Positions 24,922 to 32,000 of a stretch of 32,000 nt of DNA are shown here, piece after piece; positions within the stretch are counted from its first letter, which is position 1, and each line of letters starts with the position of its first letter. Position numbers and translations under genes: made by a program. Source of the stretch: Candidatus Didemnitutus sp. GTDB taxonomy: Bacteria; Verrucomicrobiota; Verrucomicrobiia; Opitutales; Opitutaceae. The notes beneath the pieces are model-generated. The model searched no databases, was not told the origin of the DNA, and was given only the letters and a program-made list of their open reading frames with translations. The stretch lies in assembly GCA_035545955.1 (NCBI GenBank), contig DASZXI010000077.1, positions 1 to 32,000 of the forward strand, written 5' to 3'.

Positions 24922-25049
24922 CGCGTAACCTCGCGCGCGGCTCCAGGTCGCCGCCGCCTTTTGCGTCACAAGGGGAAATTCACGCTAGCCGCCCCCAGGC
25001 TCTTCTGCTTCCCTGCAGCCGACCCCTACGCGTCGGCGCCGCGTCCCCC

Positions 25050-26519
25050 ATGAAGCCCGAGGCAACTGACCTTGCCGAGCCGCCTGGTGCCACTTCCACC
25101 GGCGTGCCCGTCCCTTCCGTTCGACCGGAAACCACCCGGGCTGCGGACCGCGTCAGCTTTGCCGAGAAGGCCGCACTCGGGTCGGGCTACCTCGCGCTCT
25201 ACTATGGTTATGCCGGAATAAAGGTCCTCGCGATCCCGGTCTACCAGATGAAGCTCGGGGTCGATCCGATCATCTTCGGCGTCGCCCTCGCGATCCCCTG
25301 TTTCTGGGATGCGGTGACTGATCCGGTGGTCGGCATGGTCTCGGACAACTGCCATTCCCGGTTTGGCCGGCGCAAGCCGATTATCATCCTGGGCGCGCTC
25401 CTGCAGGCGTTGGCGTTCGGACTCATCTGGACGGTGCCAACGGGCCTCGGGCAGTCTGGAACCGTCGCCTATCTCATCGGCACGCTCCTGGTGTTCTACA
25501 CCTGCTTCTCGGTCTACTCGGTGCCGATGATGAGCCTCACCTATGAGATGACGCCCGACTATCAGGAGCGCACGCGGGTCGGGGCGTACTGCGGATTTTT
25601 TTGGAAAACCGGCGAGCTGACCTGCAGCTGGGCGTTCGTCCTCGCCAGCTCGGGCCTCTTCGCCTCGGTGGTGGCCGGCGTCAGGTCCGTGGGCTGGCTG
25701 ATCGGCCTCGCCATCCTGGGCCTGGTCGGAATGCTGCCCGGCCTTTTCGTCCGCGAGCGCTATTTCAAGAAGGCCGTCGCCCAGCAGCGCGTGCGGATCG
25801 GCCCGGCGGTAAAGGCCGTGTTCACCAATCGCGCCTTCGCCGTGCTGGTCGGACTCACCATCTGCCAGGTGATCGCCGGCATGCTCGCCAGCAACATCGA
25901 TCACTACCTGCTCGTCTACAATGTCTGCGGCGGCGACGTGGCGCTCGGATCACGCTGGAAAAGCGTTCTCTCCACGGGATACGCCGTGATCGGCATCGGC
26001 TCGATCTATCCGATCCGGTGGATGGCGAATCGCTACGGCAAACAGACGACTCTCGCCGCCATCTTCGGGCTCGTGCTGCTGGGCTCGTTTGGGAAATGGT
26101 TCCTGTTCACGCCGGGAAATCCCTGGAAAATCCTGCTCGATCCCCTGCTCTGCGGGCCGATCTGGACCGCCCTCGCCGTCCTTACACCCTCGATGCTCGC
26201 CGACGTGTGCGATGACGACGAACTCCGTCACGGCCTGCGTCGCGAGGGAACGCTCGGGGCGTTGTTCTCGTGGATCCAGAAGTCCGGCTACGGCCTCGCA
26301 TTTCTCGGCGCGTTTGTGGCGCTCGATCTCACCGGATTTAAGTCGGCGCTCGGCGGCGCGCAACCCGCCGGCGTGACCACGCGGCTGCGCCTGATCCTCA
26401 CGATCTCGACCGCCGCCTGGGCGCTGATCGCCATCGCGCTCCTTTATCTCTATCCGCTCACGAAGTCGCGGGCCTACCAGATTCGCGACGAGCTCGAGGC
26501 CCGCCGCGGCCGGATTTGA
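25050..26519 (+). CDS. GPH-family (glycoside-pentoside-hexuronide):cation symporter, MelB/YicJ-like
   Basis: 489-aa ORF. 'FWDAVTDPVVGMVSDN..SRFGRRKP' is the GPH signature region as I remember it. The protein is polytopic. Confidence 0.88.
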   Translation: MKPEATDLAEPPGATSTGVPVPSVRPETTRAADRVSFAEKAALGSGYLALYYGYAGIKVLAIPVYQMKLGVDPIIFGVALAIPCFWDAVTDPVVGMVSDNCHSRFGRRKPIIILGALLQALAFGLIWTVPTGLGQSGTVAYLIGTLLVFYTCFSVYSVPMMSLTYEMTPDYQERTRVGAYCGFFWKTGELTCSWAFVLASSGLFASVVAGVRSVGWLIGLAILGLVGMLPGLFVRERYFKKAVAQQRVRIGPAVKAVFTNRAFAVLVGLTICQVIAGMLASNIDHYLLVYNVCGGDVALGSRWKSVLSTGYAVIGIGSIYPIRWMANRYGKQTTLAAIFGLVLLGSFGKWFLFTPGNPWKILLDPLLCGPIWTALAVLTPSMLADVCDDDELRHGLRREGTLGALFSWIQKSGYGLAFLGAFVALDLTGFKSALGGAQPAGVTTRLRLILTISTAAWALIAIALLYLYPLTKSRAYQIRDELEARRGRI

Positions 26520-26590
26520 GCGAATCCTTTCGGAGCGGCGTTACGCCGTGATTTCGGAAACCTCTCCAACGGCGGCGGCGATTGCCACAC

Positions 26591-26676
26591 TGTAGGAGCG
26601 GCTTTATGCCGCGATCTGGAATTTGCGGATGGGCTTGTTAAGGCCGGGGCAATCGCGGCGCAAAGCCGCTCCTACA
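26591..26676. repeat. REPIN: imperfect 25-bp inverted pair of a GTAG-headed REP (TGTAGGAGCGGCTTTATGCCGCGAT)
   Basis: 26591-26615 matches the reverse complement of 26652-26676 (TGTAGGAGCGGCTTTGCGCCGCGAT) at 23/25, with a 36-nt spacer. Each arm has an internal GCGGC/GCCGC palindrome. Confidence 0.85.
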
Positions 26677-26757
26677 GTTCGCTATTGCCTCGAAACGCCG
26701 CTTTTCCGCGGGCCTGTACATTCCACTGCATGAGTCCCGCTTAGCCGGAGGCATGCA

Positions 26758-26785
26758 GTTGAAAGTTGAATGTTGAACGTTGAAA
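26758..26785. repeat. heptad repeat (GTTGAAN)x4, left arm of an inverted pair
   Basis: gttgaaa gttgaat gttgaac gttgaaa, read directly. Confidence 0.8.
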
Positions 26786-26896
26786 GGCCTGACCTAACCG
26801 CCAGGTCCGAAGGTCGCCGGAGCCCAGGAACCCCGCACCGTTTGGTTCGCCAATCCATCTCTCAAACAAGCGCACGGATCCGATCGGTCCGGGCCC

Positions 26897-26924
26897 ATTC
26901 AACACTCAACTTTCAACATTCAAC
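26897..26924. repeat. heptad repeat (NNTCAAC)x4, right arm of an inverted pair
   Basis: attcaac actcaac tttcaac attcaac. Its reverse complement matches 26758-26785 at 23/28. It ends 14 nt before the stop codon (26939-26941) of the GH5-like gene. Confidence 0.8.
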
Positions 26925-26938
26925 TGAATCGTTCCGGC

Positions 26939-29515
26939 TCAGTTGCCCTCGAGCCGGACCGACGCCACCTCAACCCAGGGGTCTTCCGCCTGACCGGTCG
27001 CCGCGCCGCGGCCCTCCGGACGAACGGAAAACTGGAGACGCTCGACCTCGGGCAATTTCACGTGATCGCCCGGGCCGCCGCGGCCGGCGGCCGGCGCAAT
27101 CCAGTAGTTCCATCGCTCCGGGAACCCAAGCGGCAGCATGACCCCGCGCGCCAGGCCCAGGCTTGAGAGCGGCACCCGCAGGTCCTGCCACGCGGTCGCC
27201 AGTTCGAGCCGCTTGCTCCATGAGGTGCCATCGGCCTCGACGAGCGTCACGTAGACATGCTGGCCGGCAACCGACCCGCGCACGCGAAGGAGCAGGGCGC
27301 CGGCACGGGCCACCAGACCGGCGCGGTCGGCAAGCCGGTCCTTGACGGTCAGGGAAGCCGTGTAGTCGTCGAGCGTCCGATCGAGGCTCAGCGGGAAGAT
27401 CAGGCGCAGGCAGGCCGGATCGGCGCCGCTGGCCGGCATCGCCTGGAAGATTCCGTGGCGAATGGTGTCGCCAATTCGCGTGTAGAACAGCGCTGGGATG
27501 TCGGCGGCCCCGTCAAAGAGCGATAGGGCCGCGTGCGGGTCGACGACCTTCGTGTGCAAAAACTCCCCCTCGTGCTCGGGCAGCCGGACCCGGGCACCCT
27601 CCACGACCGCGGTAAAGTAATAGTCGATCGGGCCGGCCGGAAGCCTCCCCGCGGGAAGGGTCTGCGCGTATCGATATCCCTTCGCCCGGCGAAGTGGAAA
27701 CGTGTCCGCATGGTCCGCGGTCTCACCGGCGATTTTCCAATTCAGGTTGACGTTCGCAACCGTGCCCGCCGCGACCACCGTCACGACGACCGGCACCGGC
27801 GAGCCGCTCTCATAGCTCGCGTGCATCTCGGGAATGATCTGCGGCGGCAGGTCCGGTGCGGGTGGACAGACAAACTCGTCGAGCGCCAGCGGGCCGATGC
27901 GCGCGGGCAGCTTCGCGCGATCCGGCGGCGCGCCGCGCGAGAGCAAATACACCCCCGGCTGCGCGCGAAAGCCGCCGTCTCTCGCCTGGGTCGCCAACGT
28001 GTTGCCCGCATTGATGGCAGTCACCGCATAGCCATCGCCGAGATCCGGCAACCGGATCGTCATTGGCCAGGAGTGCGCGACCAGCCGCGAGGCCACGGTC
28101 GTGTGATTGAGGCGCTGGGCAAAAGGGTCCTGCACGATCACCGCGTCGGGATAAACCTCGAGGCGCCAGACGCCTTCCGCCAGCCGGTCGAGGAAGTAGG
28201 CTCCGCAGCCTTCATAGGTCACGACGGGCGAGCTGCCGACCCCGGCGACGCGGCGCAGCCGGGAAGCGTCAACCGGCGCGGTCGAAGTGTCGCCGGCTGA
28301 CAGGTAGGTCTCCGCGGTGACCATTTCGCTCGTATCGTTTTCGTAGCTCACCCGGAACGGCCCGAAGCTGCGGTTGTTCGGGTAGTCGCCGTAGCGGCTC
28401 AGGCGTGGAATCGTTCGCATCACTTCCGCCGCAATCACCGCGCTCATCGCCTTGCGGGGCGAATACACCAGATTGAGAAAATGCGTCTGCCAGCCCAGGT
28501 TGTACGGTGCCGTGGCCAGCATGTCGTAGGAAAACATGGTGGCGAATTGCGCCCCGACCCCGCGGAAAGCGCGGGCCATCGCCGGGTACATGTAGCCCGT
28601 GTTCAAGTCGGGCGAATCGAATTCGTAGACAATCTTCGCGAAGTCCGACAGGTCGGGCCGGTACATCGGCGTGAAGTCGTCGACCGTGCGCAGGAAATTC
28701 CCGCGCAATGTGTGTCCCGCCACGAGTCCGGTCGGATACCACGCAAACGTCACGCCCTGCGAAACCGAGGCCTTGATCGCGGGCGCCATGCGGAAGTCCT
28801 GGCTCAGGTTGTAGAACAGCAGCTTCTGGCAGCCGGTCTCGCGCACTGCTCCCGCCAGCGCGTCGATGTAGGCGACGGACCCGCCGAAATCCTCCGGGTG
28901 ATGCCACGGCTCGTTGATGGTCTCGACGAAAAGGATCGCGGGCTCGTCCTTGAGCGCCACACCGGTGTAGGGGTTGATGTGCCGCAGCAGCTGCTTGAGG
29001 TAGTTGCATTGCACGGCGATCGCCGCGGGATTGGTCCCCAGTTCGCTTTTCTGGAAGGTCTTCGAAAAGCCCGGATAGGCGTCGGTCTCCTTCCCGTCCG
29101 GCCACCACGCGCCGTAGGTGGTGATCGGCGTCAAGAGGATGAAAATGCCGCGCTTCCTCGCCTGCGCGACCGCGTAGTCCAGCACGTCGAGGTGCTCGTT
29201 GACGATCAGGTTGCCGTCGCGGTCGCTGTTTTCCCAATCCCCCCAGAGACAGAGCCGCATTCCGTCCCAGCCCATGCGCGCGAAATGGGTCAGGTCCTGC
29301 TCCACCAGCTTTTTCCGGTCGGCACCCACCATCCCGGCCGCGCGGAAATCACTGGCGGAAGGCAGGCTGTAATTCGCTCCGAAAAGCGCGACCTCACGGT
29401 CGTCGGCGTTCCAGCGGATCACCCCGCGGTCATCGACATGAACCAATTCGGCGGCGGCGGCCCGAACCCCGCCAAGGACCGCCATGCAGGCCAACGCGAC
29501 CTTCAACGCCTTCAT
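26939..29515 (-). CDS. secreted clan GH-A glycoside hydrolase (GH5/cellulase-like TIM barrel) with large C-terminal beta-rich region
   Basis: The signal peptide is MKALKVALACMAVLGGVRAAAA. 'GANYSLP', 'DL.HFARMGWDGMRLCLWGDWE', 'LDYAVAQARKRGIFILL' and 'ILFVETINEPWHH' (NEP acid/base motif) are present. Family assignment beyond clan GH-A is uncertain. Confidence 0.65.
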   Translation of the reverse strand: MKALKVALACMAVLGGVRAAAAELVHVDDRGVIRWNADDREVALFGANYSLPSASDFRAAGMVGADRKKLVEQDLTHFARMGWDGMRLCLWGDWENSDRDGNLIVNEHLDVLDYAVAQARKRGIFILLTPITTYGAWWPDGKETDAYPGFSKTFQKSELGTNPAAIAVQCNYLKQLLRHINPYTGVALKDEPAILFVETINEPWHHPEDFGGSVAYIDALAGAVRETGCQKLLFYNLSQDFRMAPAIKASVSQGVTFAWYPTGLVAGHTLRGNFLRTVDDFTPMYRPDLSDFAKIVYEFDSPDLNTGYMYPAMARAFRGVGAQFATMFSYDMLATAPYNLGWQTHFLNLVYSPRKAMSAVIAAEVMRTIPRLSRYGDYPNNRSFGPFRVSYENDTSEMVTAETYLSAGDTSTAPVDASRLRRVAGVGSSPVVTYEGCGAYFLDRLAEGVWRLEVYPDAVIVQDPFAQRLNHTTVASRLVAHSWPMTIRLPDLGDGYAVTAINAGNTLATQARDGGFRAQPGVYLLSRGAPPDRAKLPARIGPLALDEFVCPPAPDLPPQIIPEMHASYESGSPVPVVVTVVAAGTVANVNLNWKIAGETADHADTFPLRRAKGYRYAQTLPAGRLPAGPIDYYFTAVVEGARVRLPEHEGEFLHTKVVDPHAALSLFDGAADIPALFYTRIGDTIRHGIFQAMPASGADPACLRLIFPLSLDRTLDDYTASLTVKDRLADRAGLVARAGALLLRVRGSVAGQHVYVTLVEADGTSWSKRLELATAWQDLRVPLSSLGLARGVMLPLGFPERWNYWIAPAAGRGGPGDHVKLPEVERLQFSVRPEGRGAATGQAEDPWVEVASVRLEGN

Positions 29516-29521
29516 GGCCGT

Positions 29522-31918
29522 TCAGCGCGGCGTCGGCAGCGGCACCTCAGCTTCGTAGCGGGGCACGATTTCCACCGAGGAAACCGACGCCACCGAATCC
29601 GCCGCGCCAAAATCTGGGACCGCACCCGCCGGCACGTAAATCCTCTGCTTCGGACCCGACACCGCATCCTTCCGGAGCGGCAGGATTTCAACCTCGAGTT
29701 CGCCTTTCAGGATGGCCGGCGCATATCGCCGCAGGCCCAGGTCGAAGGAGTTTCCGTCGTAGAAATTGTCGTCGAGCAGGTGGCCATCGAGCGTGATGCG
29801 GGCGACGTCGCCCTGGTAATGAAGCCGCAGGATCGGGTCGGTCGCGAGATCAACCGCCGCGGGCAAATGGATGCGCCAGACCGCGGCCTGCGCAAAATCG
29901 GCGTCGTCGGGCTCCGTGGCGACCGGCTCGGAGATTTTCCCCAGGGGAATTTCCCGCGGCGGGCCGGCCTTGCGCACTCGTTCCGCCGTGGCCGTCGCGC
30001 TCGATGTTGCAGGAGCGGTGACCGGCAAGGCGCTGAAGCCCGTTCCGGCGAAGACCTCGACCGCTAGGTCGTCGCGGTTCGTTGATCGCAAACGCAGTCG
30101 CTTGCCATCGAACATGAGTCCGGCCTTCGACAGGAACACCCGGCCGGAATTCCGTGGTTGCCCCGAATCTTTCCAGAGCGCCAGGGAATCGGCATCGCTC
30201 AGCACGACGAACTGCACCCGGCGCCCGTTGGCTCCGGCCAGCGCGAACGCCACGCCACGACCCGGAGTCACGACGCGTTCCTCCTTCTCGCCGGCAATGG
30301 CGAAGCGGGCGGGAACTCCCGGCGTCGCGGCGAAGAACACCGTGCGCACGGTGCCGTCGTCGTCGGAGCAGACCAGCTGCGCCGTGGCGTAGTCCAGGCG
30401 CACGCCGCCCAGGTCGAGATTGAAGGGCCAGATGAAGATTCCGTCGGCCGGAACGTCGACCGGGGTGCGGGGAAACGTGAGGGTTCCGCCCGGCAGGCCG
30501 ATGGCAAACTGCACTCCCGGTTTCACCGGCATCGGGTGGCCGCGCTCGTAGTTGTTCACGAAGACGTAACCGCTTTTTCCGTCCGAGCGCACGGTCCAGC
30601 GGAGAGTGGAATGATCGTCCGGACCGCCGGGACGAACGTCCGGCATGGTCGCGGGCATCCGCGCCAGTCCCTCGCCGAAGTCGGCGAGGAAAAGGTGCAG
30701 TCGCCGGAGCAGGTGGTAGTGCGGATTCACCTGGGCAAACTCTCCGAGCGGTGCCCCGTAATCGTAGTTTTTCACGGGCAGGTCGTTGTAGTTCGTGTTC
30801 AGCGTTCCCTGCGCCTCCATCAGCGTGGTCAGCCGGGCGTCGGGATTCGTTCCGCCGTGGTACATGTAGTAACCCGGCAGCGTGCTGCCGGAACCAAGCT
30901 TGATCATGACGGTCGACTCGACGTCCTCGGGACTGATCACCATTCGCCGGTGGTAGCTGCTGATCATTCCCCCGCCCACCTCGCAGGTCAGATACGGATA
31001 GCGGTCGACGTCGGGCGCGTCGACCGTGTCGCGCCGCCCGAGCTGCTCGGTGGCGATGTTGTCGTCCACCCGCAGGTTGGAAAACCGGAACGCCGACCAG
31101 AATTTTCCCGGCATTTTCGTGAGCTCGCGGTCCCAGAATCCCTCGGCATAGGCGCCGTAGAGCGGGACGATCTCGCCGAATGGCATCGGAGTCGACAGCG
31201 CCGGCCAGCCCGTGCGGGTATAGATCGGCACGTCGAGGCCCGCGTCCCGCGCGATTTTTTTCAGCGTGAGCAGATATTCGGCCGGACCCGGGAATTCGTT
31301 GTCGAGCTGGATGCCGATCACCGGACCGCCGTCCTTCCAGAGTTCGCCGCGCAGCTGCGTGGCGATCTGCGCGTACAACTCCCGCACGGGCGTGAGGAAC
31401 GCCTCGTCCGTGGTGCGCAGGCGGACGCCTTTCCTGACCAGCCACTCGGGAAGTCCGCCGTTGCGCACCTCGCCGTGACACCACGGACCGCAGCGCACCA
31501 CGACGTCGAGCCCGACCTCGCCCGCCTCGCGCACAAATTCGCGCAGGTTGCGCTGGCCCGACCAGTTCCACTGGCCCTCGACTTCCTCGTGATAGATCCA
31601 GAAGACGTACGTCGCCACCACCGTGAGGCCGCCGGCCTTCATCTTGAGCAGCTCATCGCGCCATTCCGCCTGCGGATAGCGGCCATAGTGAAACTCGCCC
31701 ATGACCGGAATGAACGGATGTCCGTTGCGCAGGAAGCTCGCGCTGTCGACCGTGAGCGTCGTGCCATCGGGCCGCGTCGGCGTGCCGAGATGAAATCCCT
31801 CCGCCACCGGCGGCGCCGGCGCGCGCACGGCGATCGATAGCGTCTCACCGTAAGTGAATGTAACAAGCCCGATAAAACAGTTCAAAATCAGGGCCAAGCG
31901 ACGGGAGGGAGAGAACAT
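29522..31918 (-). CDS. secreted GH35-like beta-galactosidase
   Basis: A signal peptide is present. 'NGHPFIPVMGEFHYGRYP...W.DELLKMKAGGL.VVATYVFW..HE...G.W.W.G..NL.EFV..A...GL.VV.R.GPW.HGE..NGGLP.WL' follows the GH35 N-terminal pattern, and 'IQLDNEFPG' is a candidate acid/base. It lies 6 nt upstream of the GH5-like gene. Confidence 0.8.
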   Translation of the reverse strand: MFSPSRRLALILNCFIGLVTFTYGETLSIAVRAPAPPVAEGFHLGTPTRPDGTTLTVDSASFLRNGHPFIPVMGEFHYGRYPQAEWRDELLKMKAGGLTVVATYVFWIYHEEVEGQWNWSGQRNLREFVREAGEVGLDVVVRCGPWCHGEVRNGGLPEWLVRKGVRLRTTDEAFLTPVRELYAQIATQLRGELWKDGGPVIGIQLDNEFPGPAEYLLTLKKIARDAGLDVPIYTRTGWPALSTPMPFGEIVPLYGAYAEGFWDRELTKMPGKFWSAFRFSNLRVDDNIATEQLGRRDTVDAPDVDRYPYLTCEVGGGMISSYHRRMVISPEDVESTVMIKLGSGSTLPGYYMYHGGTNPDARLTTLMEAQGTLNTNYNDLPVKNYDYGAPLGEFAQVNPHYHLLRRLHLFLADFGEGLARMPATMPDVRPGGPDDHSTLRWTVRSDGKSGYVFVNNYERGHPMPVKPGVQFAIGLPGGTLTFPRTPVDVPADGIFIWPFNLDLGGVRLDYATAQLVCSDDDGTVRTVFFAATPGVPARFAIAGEKEERVVTPGRGVAFALAGANGRRVQFVVLSDADSLALWKDSGQPRNSGRVFLSKAGLMFDGKRLRLRSTNRDDLAVEVFAGTGFSALPVTAPATSSATATAERVRKAGPPREIPLGKISEPVATEPDDADFAQAAVWRIHLPAAVDLATDPILRLHYQGDVARITLDGHLLDDNFYDGNSFDLGLRRYAPAILKGELEVEILPLRKDAVSGPKQRIYVPAGAVPDFGAADSVASVSSVEIVPRYEAEVPLPTPR

Positions 31919-32000
31919 GGGAGTGATTTTTCGGCGGCGGCGCGACCGGAAGGACGCGAACGGGAATTTCGGGAATGGACCGCGGTTTATTGGACGGAAT

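Noticed and set aside
24937-24962. Possible rho-independent terminator after the sugar porter (GCGGC-tccaggtc-GCCGC then CGCCTTTTG)
   Set aside because: The stem is only 5 bp and four nucleotides separate it from the short T run. This is too weak to report as a feature.
20372-31840. Long antisense or alternate-frame ORFs inside the glycan locus (20372-21601 -, 21635-22783 -, 22856-23509 -, 23830-24969 -, 25026-25904 -, 28481-30067 +, 28269-29237 -, 29850-31571 -, 30158-31840 +)
   Set aside because: All overlap genes with clear family signatures on the other strand or frame, and all have Arg/Gly/Pro-biased compositions typical of out-of-frame high-GC DNA.

Overview
High-GC bacterial chromosomal window; hand counts of sampled 60-nt lines give about 65% GC in the flanks. 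The protein repertoire (DUF5107/TPR giant protein, many secreted glycosidases, REP-rich intergenic DNA) suggests Verrucomicrobiota/Opitutaceae, but that is a low-confidence impression from memory. All family calls rest on motifs I recognise by eye, not on searches. There are three blocks. (1) 1-6150 is housekeeping: exported MsrA, a VOC/glyoxalase protein, a PLP Ser/Thr dehydratase, an Fsr-like MFS pump and a methyl-accepting chemotaxis protein. (2) 6151-11284 is a ~5.1-kb island of lower GC (about 53% in one sampled line) inserted into tRNA-Leu(UAG). It is bounded by a 53-bp duplicate of the tRNA 3' half and has no integrase. Its cargo is a convergent DUF5131 (phage Gp37/Gp68, three-Cys-motif) + TcmP pair and a chain of translationally coupled lipoprotein/secreted-protein genes of unknown function. 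This is my best candidate for an undescribed system. (3) 11285-32000 holds an N-terminally truncated FG-GAP gene, a ClC-psd operon, a REP-associated tyrosine transposase (RAYT) inside tandem arrays of a 134-bp REPIN unit, and an AraC-controlled glycan-utilisation locus (YphG-like DUF5107 protein, GH2, sugar porter, GPH symporter, GH5-like, GH35). Intergenic DNA carries three different GTAG-headed REP/REPIN families. It also carries a recurrent class of degenerate heptanucleotide tandem repeats placed at or just after gene 3' ends, twice as long-range inverted pairs. Many long ORFs in the six-frame track are antisense or alternate-frame artefacts of high GC and are rejected.
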